Assembly: GCA_964525635.1 (NCBI GenBank)
Contig: CAZGJX010000010.1
Span: forward strand, 1 to 60,995
DNA length: 60,995 bases
Reading direction: 5' to 3'
Source: an uncultured archaeon
Lineage (GTDB): Archaea; Asgardarchaeota; Lokiarchaeia; Sigyniarchaeales; SOKP01
Positions 41,420-52,594 of the stretch are shown piece by piece. A program made the position numbers and the translations under genes. Numbering within the stretch: the stretch's first letter is position 1; every line of letters starts with the position of its first letter. The notes below the pieces were generated by a model. The model searched no databases, had not been told where the DNA came from, and saw only the letters and a list, made by a program, of their open reading frames with translations.

Positions 41420-41634
41420 CCTAAATCCTAAAAAATTACTTCTATTTTTAGATTTTTCTTCTCCGATAATAATCCACTTTAAAAACCTAAATTATATATA
41501 TATATAATGATTAGTTTCTGATGTTTTTAAATCTATCGATCTATATCATTGTTTTCATATGAAAACATTTATATATAATGCATTGATCAATATCAATTAT
41601 AATTAATATAAAAAAAATAAAAGGTGAAGAAAAA

Positions 41635-42198
41635 ATGAGTGATAAGAAAATTGAAGTAAAAAAAAGGAATATGAATAAAGACAATGAAGATATAAAAGAA
41701 AGAAGAGAATTAATCCTTAGACGAAAAAATCCAACTTCATTATTTCAAAGTATGGACCAAATTTTTAATGATCTAAAAAGAAATTTTTTCAATGAATGGT
41801 ACTATCCCTGCAATAGAAGTATATCACCTACATTATCTATACTTGAGATTAATAAAGAACCAATATTTAGAACACCATTAGCAAATATCATTGAAGATGA
41901 TATTAATTTTAAAATAACTACAGAATTACCAGGTTTAAATAAAGGAGATATAGAAATTTCTTTATTAGATGATAATTTGGAAATTAAAGGTGAAACTAAA
42001 GAGAAAAAACAAGAAGGAAAGGAAGGAGAATTAGTTAGAAGAGAATATCGTTCTTCAAAATATTATAGATGTTTTAAATTACCAGAAAATATGGATGAGG
42101 AGAATATGGATGCTATATTAGAAAATGGTGTTTTAACGATAAATATCCCTAAAAAGGAAATATCTAAAAAAGAGAAGAAAAAAATTCATATAAAATAA
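41635..42198 (+). CDS. Hsp20/alpha-crystallin small heat-shock protein (paralog of 36447-37013)
   Basis: 'TELPGLNKGDIEI', 'FKLPEN', 'LENGVLTINIPK'. Confidence 0.92.
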   Translation: MSDKKIEVKKRNMNKDNEDIKERRELILRRKNPTSLFQSMDQIFNDLKRNFFNEWYYPCNRSISPTLSILEINKEPIFRTPLANIIEDDINFKITTELPGLNKGDIEISLLDDNLEIKGETKEKKQEGKEGELVRREYRSSKYYRCFKLPENMDEENMDAILENGVLTINIPKKEISKKEKKKIHIK

Positions 42199-42219
42199 TC
42201 AAAAAGGAAGTGAAAAATT

Positions 42220-42864
42220 ATGGAAGAAGTAGAAATAATAGAAAAAAAAGCAAATAATAATTTAGCAATATCTCAAAATGAATTAGAACATGCAAAGGAA
42301 GAAATGAAGATCGTAAAATTAAGTATTAAGAAAGCAAAAGCAAGTGAAAATTTAATTAAGAAAGAATTAGAATTATCTAAACTTAGAAAAGAATTAGCTC
42401 AAAAAATGGATGCTTTAGTAGAAAATAAGAAAAAAATTGGAATTATATTAGATTTTTCTGAAGAATCATTAAATCGGGAAAAAATGAAATCAAAATATAA
42501 TGAAAAAGTGGCAATAATTGATACATTAATCTCCCAAATTAATAAAAAAATAGCAAATACTGAGACCGAGATTGCAGAACAAAAGGAAGAAATAGTCAAT
42601 AAAAAAATAGATATTGCGAAAGAAAGACAAAAATTATCTAAAGATCAATTCAACAATATAAAAATCATAAAAAGCTCAGCTCCAAGAGAGAAAATTGAAA
42701 AATGTGATAAAATAATCAAAACTAGGGAAAAAGAACTAATGAAAGCTAATAAAAATCTCAATGAGAAAGAGGATGAAATAGTTAAATTACAGAAAAAATT
42801 AGCAGAACAGAAAGGAGAATTATCAAGAAAATTATCTGAACGAGAAAAAATTCAACCAGTATAA
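42220..42864 (+). CDS. Coiled-coil protein
   Basis: Continuous E/K-rich heptads. Confidence 0.7.
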   Translation: MEEVEIIEKKANNNLAISQNELEHAKEEMKIVKLSIKKAKASENLIKKELELSKLRKELAQKMDALVENKKKIGIILDFSEESLNREKMKSKYNEKVAIIDTLISQINKKIANTETEIAEQKEEIVNKKIDIAKERQKLSKDQFNNIKIIKSSAPREKIEKCDKIIKTREKELMKANKNLNEKEDEIVKLQKKLAEQKGELSRKLSEREKIQPV

Positions 42865-42896
42865 TAATTTCATAAAAGCTAAGTAAAAATAATTAA

Positions 42897-43091
42897 ATGG
42901 AGGGGAAGAAAATAGAACAATATAAATTTTTATTTATTTCTTTTGGTCTTTTATTTTTAATTTATTTTATGTTATTTATTTATAGTTTATATAAAGATTA
43001 TAAAAATAAGCCATTATTTCCTCTATGGTTGGTTTTTATATTAGGAGGAATAGCAACATTTATATTTACATTATTAATATCTTTATTTTAA
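42897..43091 (+). CDS. Small two-TM membrane protein
   Basis: Two hydrophobic segments; co-oriented within the gene cluster. Confidence 0.55.
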   Translation: MEGKKIEQYKFLFISFGLLFLIYFMLFIYSLYKDYKNKPLFPLWLVFILGGIATFIFTLLISLF

Positions 43092-43127
43092 ATTTAATTT
43101 ATAAAAAATATTATTAAAAGTTTAAAA

Positions 43128-44705
43128 ATGAATAAAAAAATATATGATATAGCTATAATTGGAGCAGGTCCAGGGGGATATCATGCGGCGATTCGTGCTG
43201 CTCAATATGATGCTAAAGTTGCATTAATTGAAACAGAAAAAGTAGGTGGAACTTGTTTAAACCGAGGATGCATACCAACAAAAGCATTTTATAGTTCAGC
43301 AAAACTAATGGAGGATATAGAAAAAAATGCTAAAAATTTTGGAATTGATATTATAGGGGAAATAAAACCTAATTTCGGTAATGCTGTAGAAAGAAAAAAT
43401 AAAATTGTAAATGAATTAATATCAGGTATAGAACTTTTAATAAAACAAAGAAAAATTGATTTATTTTATGGATTTGGAAGTATTGTTGAAGGATCGATTG
43501 AATCTGGTTTTTTTATTAAAATAGAAGGTAAAGAAATTACAGAAATTAGAGCTAAAAGGATAATATTAGCTACGGGTTCAAAGTGTACAATAAATCCTTC
43601 TTTTAATATTGATCATAAACATATTTTAACGAGTGATGATGTATTAGATTTTAATTTCAAGACTATTCCAAAATCACTTTTAATTATTGGTGGGGGAGTT
43701 ATTGGGTGTGAGTTTGCTAATATCTTTAGAAGATTTGGATCAGAAGTAACTATCTTAGAATATTTACCTTCGATCTTGGCAATAGAAGAAACCTTAATTA
43801 TAAAGGAACTAAAAAAAAAGTTTAATTTAATGGGAGTTAAAATATATGAAAATCAACAAATTGATAAAATTGAGACAATTGATTCAAGAGTAAAAGCATA
43901 TGCTCATAAGGCTGATATTAAATCAGAGAAAAGACAAGAAACAGAGAAAAATATGTATGAAGCAGACTTATGTATTGTGTCTGTTGGTCGTAAAGCTAAT
44001 ATACAGGGATTAGGATTAGAGAATGTAAATATTAAAACAATTCAAGAAAGAATTGTTGTTAATCCAAATAGTTTAGAAACAGATGAAAAAGGAATTTATG
44101 CGATAGGAGATGTAACTGGAGGTGTTATGTTAGCTCATGTTGCATCTTATGAAGGAGATATTGCAGTTTTTAATGTTTTAACTGATATTGGAGGTTTTGA
44201 TACTTTTCATGTTGAAACCGATTATTTTGTTGTTCCTGCTTCGATTTTTACCGCATTAGAAATTGGATCTGTAGGATACAAATCTAAATTTCTCGAAGAT
44301 AGAAATATTAAAATAAGAACAGGGAGATTTGGATATGCTGGGCTTGGTAAAGCTAAATGTATGGGTGAAGAAGAAGGTTTCTTAATGATAATTGTTGATG
44401 AAGAGACAGATGATATTTTAGGTGCCTCATGTATTGGGGTGGCTGCTTCAGAATTGATAGCTGAAATTGCTCTTGCAATGAAAAATAAACTAAAAATAAA
44501 TGAAATTACAAATACGATACATAGTCATCCAACTCTCTCTGAAATGGTTATGGAAGCTGCCGAAGATGTATATGGCTTATCAATTCATCGTAAAAGACGT
44601 CGAATTAAAGAAAAAATAGATCTTAAAGAAGATATGATTCAAAAATTTACGAAAAGTGAGCATTTAAAGAAATATGGTTTGATAAAATTAGAATTTACAA
44701 ATTAG
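43128..44705 (+). CDS. lpdA: Dihydrolipoyl dehydrogenase
   Basis: 'IGAGPGGY', 'GGTCLNRGCIPTK', 'GGGVIGCE', 'AIGDV', 'HSHPTLSE'. Confidence 0.93.
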   Translation: MNKKIYDIAIIGAGPGGYHAAIRAAQYDAKVALIETEKVGGTCLNRGCIPTKAFYSSAKLMEDIEKNAKNFGIDIIGEIKPNFGNAVERKNKIVNELISGIELLIKQRKIDLFYGFGSIVEGSIESGFFIKIEGKEITEIRAKRIILATGSKCTINPSFNIDHKHILTSDDVLDFNFKTIPKSLLIIGGGVIGCEFANIFRRFGSEVTILEYLPSILAIEETLIIKELKKKFNLMGVKIYENQQIDKIETIDSRVKAYAHKADIKSEKRQETEKNMYEADLCIVSVGRKANIQGLGLENVNIKTIQERIVVNPNSLETDEKGIYAIGDVTGGVMLAHVASYEGDIAVFNVLTDIGGFDTFHVETDYFVVPASIFTALEIGSVGYKSKFLEDRNIKIRTGRFGYAGLGKAKCMGEEEGFLMIIVDEETDDILGASCIGVAASELIAEIALAMKNKLKINEITNTIHSHPTLSEMVMEAAEDVYGLSIHRKRRRIKEKIDLKEDMIQKFTKSEHLKKYGLIKLEFTN

Positions 44706-44822
44706 AATTATAATCTTTGATTTAATAAATTCGTTATATAATATATTTGTTTTATAATCATAAACCTTTAATTCGAATTAATCTAATTAAATTTGATAAA
44801 AATCTATATAAGGTAAAAAAAA

Positions 44823-45374
44823 ATGGATGAAAAAGCTTTTATTAGAAGATATAAAACCTCAAATCTTTTAATTGGTTTATTATTGATTGCTTTCTCAATT
44901 TTAGCAATAATGTATCCAGAAGCTACAATAAATTCGTTAGCATTCCTTCTTTCTGTGGCTCTAATGATTATTGGAATAGCTCGTGTATTAAATGCTTCCT
45001 CTGATGAAAACTTAAAAAATATAAAAGTAATCGCTCGATTTCTTTCAGGAGCTATTGCCGTGATTATTTCTTTTGTAGCAATGTTATTAATTATTTCTGA
45101 TCCTGAAACTGCTCTTGACCTATGGTATATACTATTGGCTATTGGGATTTTGATTATTGGATTGGCAAGGATAATATTGGGAATTCAAGCTAAAGAATAT
45201 GATAAATGGTTTAAAATATATTTAATTGTAATAGGACTTTTACTTATTGTTCTTTCTATATTAGTAATTGTAATTCCTGATCTTGGTGATCCCGTTATAA
45301 TTGTGATGATTGCACTCACTTTAATTTTAAACGGTATTACAAAGATCATTCTTGGTATTCTTGGTCCAAAATAA
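44823..45374 (+). CDS. HdeD/DUF308 family membrane protein
   Basis: Six short TM segments with a repeated 'G.LL...I....P...L.I.G' pattern. Confidence 0.7.
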   Translation: MDEKAFIRRYKTSNLLIGLLLIAFSILAIMYPEATINSLAFLLSVALMIIGIARVLNASSDENLKNIKVIARFLSGAIAVIISFVAMLLIISDPETALDLWYILLAIGILIIGLARIILGIQAKEYDKWFKIYLIVIGLLLIVLSILVIVIPDLGDPVIIVMIALTLILNGITKIILGILGPK

Positions 45375-45380
45375 TATATT

Positions 45381-46478
45381 TTAAATCCAATTTTTTTTTT
45401 TAAAATAAATGATCATCAGAATGCTTATTAAAATCATAGCTATTATTAAAAAGGGGTAACCCAATGGAGAGGTTATTTCTGGCATGTGAATGAAGTTCAT
45501 ACCATAAAAACCTGCTAAAAATGATAACGGTATGAAAATAGTCGATATTATCGTGAGAACTTTCATTATATCATTCATTTTATTACTTACACTTGAAAGA
45601 TATAGATCCAGCATCCCTGATATAATATCTCTGGAATTTTGAAAAGAATCATCTATTCTAAAAATATGATCATAAATATCTCTTAAATAAAACTGCATTT
45701 TATCAGATATTAAAGTTGATTCTTCACGTTGGAGTTTATTTATCACTTCACGCATAGGCCATATTGATTTTCTAAGATCTATAACACTTCTTTTCAAAGT
45801 ATATATTGAATGTAAAATATCTAATTTTGGTTCAATAATAAGTTTATCTTCTATTTCCTCTATTATTTCCCCAAGAATTTCTTGTAAAACAAAATAATTA
45901 TCAAGTATTATATCAATTAAAGCATATGCCAAATAATCAGCACCCATTGTTCTAACTCGACCTTTTGATAATCTTATTCTTTCTAAAATAGGATCAAATA
46001 TATCCGATTCCTGTTCTCTAAAAGTTAGTACATAATTAGTACCTAATACTAAGCAAATTTGTTCTGTATCAAAATCAAGTTTATCTTTTCTCCATAATAA
46101 TTTTTTTAAGACAATAAATATATAGTCGGTATAATCCTCAAATTTTGGCATTTGATTTGTATTTAATATATCCTCTAAAACTAATGGATGAAGTTTGAAT
46201 TGATTTCCAATTTCTTCGATTACTTCAATTTCTGTTATTCCATCTATTATTATCCATCTTATATTAGATTCTTGTATGATTGATAAATTTCTATCTATTT
46301 TTGTTGTTTCTTCAATATTATAATTCTCTTTTTCATAATCTATTATTTTTATTTTAGGTTGTTCCATTTTTTTTTCAGCTGTAACAACTAGAGTTCCTGG
46401 AGGTAAACCTATATCTTTTAATTTCTTATTTTTTGTCTTTCTTTTCTTCTTAACATATCTATATTTCATTATTATCAA
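45381..46478 (-). CDS. corA: Magnesium/cobalt transporter
   Basis: 'GLPPGTL', 'LHPLVLEDI', 'GADYLAY', 'YGMNF..MPE'. Confidence 0.95.
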   Translation of the reverse strand: MIIMKYRYVKKKRKTKNKKLKDIGLPPGTLVVTAEKKMEQPKIKIIDYEKENYNIEETTKIDRNLSIIQESNIRWIIIDGITEIEVIEEIGNQFKLHPLVLEDILNTNQMPKFEDYTDYIFIVLKKLLWRKDKLDFDTEQICLVLGTNYVLTFREQESDIFDPILERIRLSKGRVRTMGADYLAYALIDIILDNYFVLQEILGEIIEEIEDKLIIEPKLDILHSIYTLKRSVIDLRKSIWPMREVINKLQREESTLISDKMQFYLRDIYDHIFRIDDSFQNSRDIISGMLDLYLSSVSNKMNDIMKVLTIISTIFIPLSFLAGFYGMNFIHMPEITSPLGYPFLIIAMILISILMIIYFKKKNWI

Positions 46479-46652
46479 AAATAGATTATTCTATGTTTTT
46501 TACAGAGAATATAATTAAATTAAAATGTAATATCTTTATATTTAAAATTAATTATAAATCATAATTTAATATAATAAAAGAAAAATCTTTTTAAATTTAT
46601 TTTTCATTTGTTATATTTAATTTAAATATAATAACTTAAAAAGAGAGATATT

Positions 46653-47609
46653 TTGAAAAAAATATATCAAATAGTAATTGCATTTTTCTTTTTAATAATT
46701 GGTATTTTAATAATAATCTATTATGAAGAAATCCTAATACATTTTAATCTAAATAGGTTATTAGTAGATACCATTATTATAAATGTTTTTGTTTATATAG
46801 GTAGAACACTACTAATTAGATTAACTAATTTCGTTTTAAAGGCGAAAATCTTACGATTTATAATAACTTTAATTATTAATATTATTTGGATAGGATTCTT
46901 ATTTGTTTTAATTTTTGTTCTATCTCCTGAATATGGAATTGCTATTGTATCTTTCTTAATTCTTGCTATTTCCTTAACTTTTAGGGATAGAATTAATAAT
47001 ATTGCTTCAGGTATTATGATATTATTATCAAATACAATTAAAGTCGGAGATTTAATTGAAACTAATGATGTACAGGGAATTGTATCAGAAATTACTCTAA
47101 ACTATACAAAAATAAAAAATTTTATGGGAATAGAGACTTACATTCCTAATACAAACGTGTATAATTCTTCAATAAAAAAATTTACTCAAAGTCTTTCTAC
47201 ATTATCAAATATAGAAAATGGAGAAGCTATAGAAGAAAAAGAAAAAAGTTTTGTAAAATATACGAAAAAAATCAAACAAATTGTTACTAAAGAAGGAATG
47301 TTTACAAGATATTTAATGATTGTTGAGGTTCCTTTTAATGTAAATCCTAATGATATTGATAATCGTCTGGAACCAGTTTTTAAAAAATATGAAAAAATAT
47401 TGGGGATAAGTCCATATTATTATATTAATAAAACTCTAAAAGATCGTGTTTCTATTTCGCTCCAGATTTTAGCAAGAAATTCTGAATTAATAGTAGTCTA
47501 TAAAAATAAATTTATGAAGGATATACTTTATCATTTAATCCCTGAAGAAATATTACTTGGTAGTGAATATAATTCAATAGAGGAACTTGAAAAAAATGGT
47601 GTTATTTAA
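46653..47609 (+). CDS. MscS-family mechanosensitive channel
   Basis: 'NNIASGIMIL...IKVGDLIE...GIVSEITLNYTKI...IPN'. Confidence 0.85.
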   Translation: MKKIYQIVIAFFFLIIGILIIIYYEEILIHFNLNRLLVDTIIINVFVYIGRTLLIRLTNFVLKAKILRFIITLIINIIWIGFLFVLIFVLSPEYGIAIVSFLILAISLTFRDRINNIASGIMILLSNTIKVGDLIETNDVQGIVSEITLNYTKIKNFMGIETYIPNTNVYNSSIKKFTQSLSTLSNIENGEAIEEKEKSFVKYTKKIKQIVTKEGMFTRYLMIVEVPFNVNPNDIDNRLEPVFKKYEKILGISPYYYINKTLKDRVSISLQILARNSELIVVYKNKFMKDILYHLIPEEILLGSEYNSIEELEKNGVI

Positions 47610-48468
47610 TTCTTTATTTCCAACTGATTTAGAAGCAGGTATATATATAGGTATTATATTCCTTATTGTTATATTTATAAATTGGTTAATTTCTTTCGTT
47701 TTAGAAAGAATTCAAAAATTAAGTGCTAAGATTCGAATTACTTCTATATTTATTCTTAAAATTATTTCAGTTATCTTTCTTATATTTCTAATCTTTTCAG
47801 GATTTCCAATTATGGATCAAATTGATCCAACATATAAAGCAATTCTCTCAACTTCGGTTAGTACTGCTATTGCATTTGCTTCAAGTGGTATTTTTTCAAA
47901 TTTAATTTCTGGAATTGCATTAATAATAATCCATTCATTTGAAATAGGAGATATCATAAAAATTAGAAATAATGTAGGAATTATCAGAAAAATAAATTTA
48001 ACTAAATTAACTATTGAAACATTTGATAATATCATAATAGAAAAATCTAATACTGAAATACTAACATCAAGTATTATAAATTATTCTTTAAAATACGAGA
48101 AAGTCAAGAAATTCGATGAATTCAAAAAGAAACTTCAAAATATTGAGATTGAATCTTCTCAAAATCAAGAAAACATATTTCATGATTTATATCAATCAAT
48201 TATTAAAAAGAAGAAATCTAAAAAAATACATAATTTCATATTTACGATGCAATATAATTATAAAGAATTCCATAAAAAGTTAGAAGAAACAGATAAATTG
48301 ATTGAAAAATATCAAGATATTTTTGGAATAAAACCAGTATACCATATCTTTGATTTTGGAATGAGAATAACTGTTAGATTTAGGATTCTAACTGAAAATC
48401 CAGAAATAATAATGAAATATCAACCAGAATTTGCCAAGGAACTGTATCAAATCATAGGGAAATTGTAA
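47587..48468 (+). CDS. MscS-family mechanosensitive channel (second, overlapping)
   Basis: 'AIAFAS...SNLISGI...FEIGDII...GIIRKINL'. Confidence 0.85.
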   Translation: MKKMVLFNSLFPTDLEAGIYIGIIFLIVIFINWLISFVLERIQKLSAKIRITSIFILKIISVIFLIFLIFSGFPIMDQIDPTYKAILSTSVSTAIAFASSGIFSNLISGIALIIIHSFEIGDIIKIRNNVGIIRKINLTKLTIETFDNIIIEKSNTEILTSSIINYSLKYEKVKKFDEFKKKLQNIEIESSQNQENIFHDLYQSIIKKKKSKKIHNFIFTMQYNYKEFHKKLEETDKLIEKYQDIFGIKPVYHIFDFGMRITVRFRILTENPEIIMKYQPEFAKELYQIIGKL

Positions 48469-48489
48469 TTCAAATATTATAATATTTAA

Positions 48490-48918
48490 TTAAATTACTA
48501 TATATGTATTTAAGATGATTTTTTTTTTTACAAGATAAAAAAAATAAATACCTAATATCATTGCTATAAAATGGATAAAAACCATTATTATATTATATAC
48601 TGCTAAATGACCAATAATAATCATAGATATAAGATTAAATCCACCTATTACTAACGAGAAAAATATTAATATTTTTACTAAAAACTTTAAAATCTCTTTG
48701 TCATTCAATATTAAAACATATAAAATAATAAATATCAATACAAAATTATAAATTGACAAGTAAAGTTTCCAACCTGGTGATTCTTCCCATAAAAATAAAT
48801 CAGGTGTTAATTCTGATAATGAAAATTGTATTAAAATAGAAAATATAGTGATAACCATCCAAATTATAACATATAGTCGAAATAGACTCTTTCTTTTAAC
48901 TGATACGTGTATACTCAA
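48490..48918 (-). CDS. Four-TM hypothetical membrane protein
   Basis: Four hydrophobic segments. Confidence 0.6.
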   Translation of the reverse strand: MSIHVSVKRKSLFRLYVIIWMVITIFSILIQFSLSELTPDLFLWEESPGWKLYLSIYNFVLIFIILYVLILNDKEILKFLVKILIFFSLVIGGFNLISMIIIGHLAVYNIIMVFIHFIAMILGIYFFYLVKKKIILNTYIVI

Positions 48919-49128
48919 ATTAATGAACTATTCTTATAAATATAAAAAGATTTATATTAAAAATTAAAAATAATGATTAAAATTATCATCTCTTCTAAAT
49001 TAACTATATTACAATCTTTTATCAGAAATTATAATTAAATTTTAATGCTTATTAGATTTTAATATTTAGTTTATTTTAAGAAGTAATAGACCAGCTAGTA
49101 CTTTAATGAAATTTGATATTCGTTATTA

Positions 49129-50256
49129 TTAAGATAAAGGAATTAAAAATTCTAATAAGACCACTATAAATTCCATTATGAATAAAATTACAATCAATAA
49201 CTCTAATATTACAAGACTTCTTTCATATTTATTAGATTTTGCTGTCGAATAAATATCATCTAATATTTTAAGACGGTGTTGTATACTATTCCTCCATTCA
49301 TCTATTTGAAATAAATCACTTAAATGTTTGTATACTTGAGCAAGAAAAAAATCTCCTATGATTTTTGATACATTTATTATCTTTTCCCAAATGAATATCA
49401 TATCATAGCGTAGTCTAAATAAATATCCAAGTCTTTTATTAATATTTCTATCATAAAATTTGCTTTTGATAAAAAGTTCCCTTATATCATATTCAGCCTT
49501 CTCAAGTTGATCATCTAGAAATCGGTCAAGAGTACGTAATTCTAAGAATTGAAATTTAATTAATTCAATTATTAATAAAATATCTTCATAATCTTTTTTA
49601 GAATCTAAAATTAAACATCTCTCATTATCAAATATAATTAGATCACTCTGTAAAAAAGAAAATGGATTTTTAAAAGTATTATTGATCTGACTTTCATGTA
49701 AATTTAGATTCGGATTTTCTCCCATTAATAATTTTGCTAGGTACTCTGAATTTTGTTTAATAAAGTTTTCAGGTATATTCATTTCATCATGAATACAAAA
49801 TATTGTATATTGTTCAGATTCAGGTGGTTCGAATATGTATGGTGTTTTTTTTGTAAAATTCTCAATTTTAGATATAATATTATTAAAATATAACGAAATT
49901 ACTTGATTTAATGATTTATCTCCTTCAATAGTAGAAAAAATTACATTTCGGATATTATGAAATTCATTTAATGGGTAATTCTCTAATATTAATCTTAAAA
50001 TAATTGAGATCACACCATCTCTATAAAGTTTCATCTCAAGTTTATAGAATTTAATATTCTTTGCTTTTGAGTTTATTTGATCAACTTTTTCAAGTATTAT
50101 TCTTTCAGGTATATCAATATAATCTGGAGTGTCTTTTGTTTTAATAATATTCTTATCTCTCTTTCCTTGAATGGTACCCTCTACTTTTTGAATATCGATA
50201 TATTGACCAACATCATAAAGTCGAATAAAAATAAATTCTCCATTCAAAATTATCAT
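49129..50256 (-). CDS. RMD1/DUF155-like protein with C-terminal TM
   Basis: 'LYDVG..ID', 'ELRTLDRFLD', 'IGDFFLAQVY...F.IDEW..SI...L..L', 'LELLIVILF'. Confidence 0.55.
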   Translation of the reverse strand: MIILNGEFIFIRLYDVGQYIDIQKVEGTIQGKRDKNIIKTKDTPDYIDIPERIILEKVDQINSKAKNIKFYKLEMKLYRDGVISIILRLILENYPLNEFHNIRNVIFSTIEGDKSLNQVISLYFNNIISKIENFTKKTPYIFEPPESEQYTIFCIHDEMNIPENFIKQNSEYLAKLLMGENPNLNLHESQINNTFKNPFSFLQSDLIIFDNERCLILDSKKDYEDILLIIELIKFQFLELRTLDRFLDDQLEKAEYDIRELFIKSKFYDRNINKRLGYLFRLRYDMIFIWEKIINVSKIIGDFFLAQVYKHLSDLFQIDEWRNSIQHRLKILDDIYSTAKSNKYERSLVILELLIVILFIMEFIVVLLEFLIPLS

Positions 50257-50555
50257 TTAAAGTGATTTAGATTTAATATTAAAAATTTTTTTCATTATTC
50301 TTAATTAGAAATCAAATTATTCTAATAATATTTTTGGACTTTAAAGAAAATTATAATTTCAAATATTAATCAATAGTAAATTAAATTACAATCATTAATT
50401 TAAAGTTATATTTTTTAAAATATTCATGACTATGAATATCTATTCGTCAAAAAAGTAAAATCAATTAGATAATCATAAAAAATATATTTTAAAACCAATT
50501 AGAATAATCACGTAATTTTAAATTTATACTTATATTATATTTTCAATTAGATTTT

Positions 50556-52004
50556 ATGTCTGCAACAGATATAGTTATTGGCCTTGAGGTTCATATTCAA
50601 TTAACAAATCTAAAAACAAAATTATTTTGTAGTTGTAATAGTGATTATCGTGGTAAAGAACAAAATACCCTTGTTTGTCCAATTTGTTTAGGTTTACCTG
50701 GATCTCTTCCTGTAATAAATCAAAAAGCTATAGAATTTGGTATTAGGCTTGCCCTTGCATTAAATTGTAAAATTAATGATGAGTTCTGGTTTTTTAGAAA
50801 GAACTATTTCTATCCAGATCTACCAAAAGGATTTCAAATTAGTCAATATAATAAAGCTGGGGGAAAAGCTTTTGGGGATGGGGGCAAAATACTTATAAGA
50901 ATAGATGGAAAAAGAAAAGAACTTTCTTTAAATAGAATACATCTTGAAGAGGATCCTGCAAGATTGGTACATAAAGGAAGTATTGCGAGTTCTCCCTATA
51001 CTCTTGTTGATTATAATCGATCTGGAATAACTTTAATAGAAATTGTTTCTGAACCTGTTATAAATTCTCCAGCAGAAGCAAGAGAATTTTTAAATCAATT
51101 AAAATCAATTGTACAATATACAGGAATTGCTGATTTGGAATTAGAGGGATCAGTAAGAGTAGATGCTAATATTTCGATTAAAGGACATCCACGATCAGAA
51201 GTTAAAAATATTAATAGTTTTAAAGAAGTGGAGCGTGCATTAAATTGGGAGATACAAAGACAACGAAATCTAATTAAAAGAGAGCAAGAATTAATACAAG
51301 AGACTCGTCATTGGGATGATAAAAGAAGAATCACAATTGGACTGAGAACAAAGGAATTTGAAAAAGATTATCGTTATTTTCCTGAACAAGACTTAGTTCC
51401 AATAAACATCGAGGGACCTTTTATAGAGAGGATAAAGGATGAACTACCAGAAATGCCAAATGCTCGTATGAAAAGATTTCAAAAGCAATATGAATTATCC
51501 GAATTTGATTCTGAGATATTAGTCCTTGATAAAAATATTGCTGATTTTTTCGAAGAAGGGATAAAATTGGATAATTCCTATGGTTCTAAAGAATATAAAC
51601 TATTCTGTAATTGGTTAATGGGAGATATATCTCGATGGCTTAATGATAATAATAAGAATATTAAAGATACCAAATTAAAACCTATACAAGTCAAAGATAT
51701 AATTCATTTTATTAAAGAAGGTAAAATCACGGGTAAAATCGCTAAAACTTTTGTAGATGATATGATGAAAGGTCTACCAATAAAAGATATTATAAAAAAA
51801 ACTGGAAAACTACGTATTGCTGATAAAGAAATTCTTTCTAAAATTGTAAAGGAGGTTATAGATGAGAATCAAGATATTGTTAAAGATTATAAAGGAAATC
51901 CGAGAGCATTAGAATCGTTAATAGGAAAGTGTATGAAAAAGACTAAGGGTCAAGCAGATCCTAAAATCACTCGAGATTTAATTTTATCATATATCAAAGA
52001 TTAA
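50556..52004 (+). CDS. gatB: Asp/Glu-tRNA amidotransferase subunit B
   Basis: 'IGLEVHIQL', 'CLGLPGSLP', 'RKNYFYPDLPKGFQISQ', 'DYRYFPE.DL'. Confidence 0.96.
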   Translation: MSATDIVIGLEVHIQLTNLKTKLFCSCNSDYRGKEQNTLVCPICLGLPGSLPVINQKAIEFGIRLALALNCKINDEFWFFRKNYFYPDLPKGFQISQYNKAGGKAFGDGGKILIRIDGKRKELSLNRIHLEEDPARLVHKGSIASSPYTLVDYNRSGITLIEIVSEPVINSPAEAREFLNQLKSIVQYTGIADLELEGSVRVDANISIKGHPRSEVKNINSFKEVERALNWEIQRQRNLIKREQELIQETRHWDDKRRITIGLRTKEFEKDYRYFPEQDLVPINIEGPFIERIKDELPEMPNARMKRFQKQYELSEFDSEILVLDKNIADFFEEGIKLDNSYGSKEYKLFCNWLMGDISRWLNDNNKNIKDTKLKPIQVKDIIHFIKEGKITGKIAKTFVDDMMKGLPIKDIIKKTGKLRIADKEILSKIVKEVIDENQDIVKDYKGNPRALESLIGKCMKKTKGQADPKITRDLILSYIKD

Positions 52005-52029
52005 AAAAACCTTATTTTATCTTTTGAAA

Positions 52030-52330
52030 AGATTCAATTTAAAAAATTTACCCTTATAATTTCCATCAGCAGTCCCGATGAATTTAAAATTAATATATTT
52101 ATGCAATTTTTCTGATGCTATGTTTGCTAATGGTGTATGAACAATAAATGAGATTATCGGTTGATTATTTTTTCAAGAATTTTATTTAATTCTTGAGATA
52201 CAATACCTTTATATTGATATTTAGGAATGATACTTAATTGATCTAAATAAGAAAAAGTTGATTTTTATTTAGTAAGTAAATCCTCATCAGATTTTTCATT
52301 AACATTTAAATTAATTGCTGTATTTAAAGT
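52030..52330 (-). pseudogene. Degraded GNAT acetyltransferase remnant (boundaries approximate)
   Basis: Minus-strand fragments 'FSYLDQLSIIPKYQYKGI' and 'IVHTPLANIASEKLHKYINFKFIG' are separated by a frameshift; in-frame TAA just upstream. Confidence 0.5.
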
Positions 52331-52594
52331 GGTTGATCTTATATTAGCATTAGCTTTTGATGATATAAAATATAGCTTTTGACCAGGAATTTTTACAATA
52401 ATTGTAGGGGTTTTGATTGTTTTACTAGCTTTACTACTCTATAGAATGCAAGAAAAAAGACTGTCTTGATTTTTAATTTATTATTCTCTTAATTCATAAT
52501 TTTATTTTTCTTTTTTACTAAATTGATTTATAATCCCATTAATTTCATTGAAAAAGAGCTGAAACTTATTTAAAAAGAATAAAATAAAAAAAAA

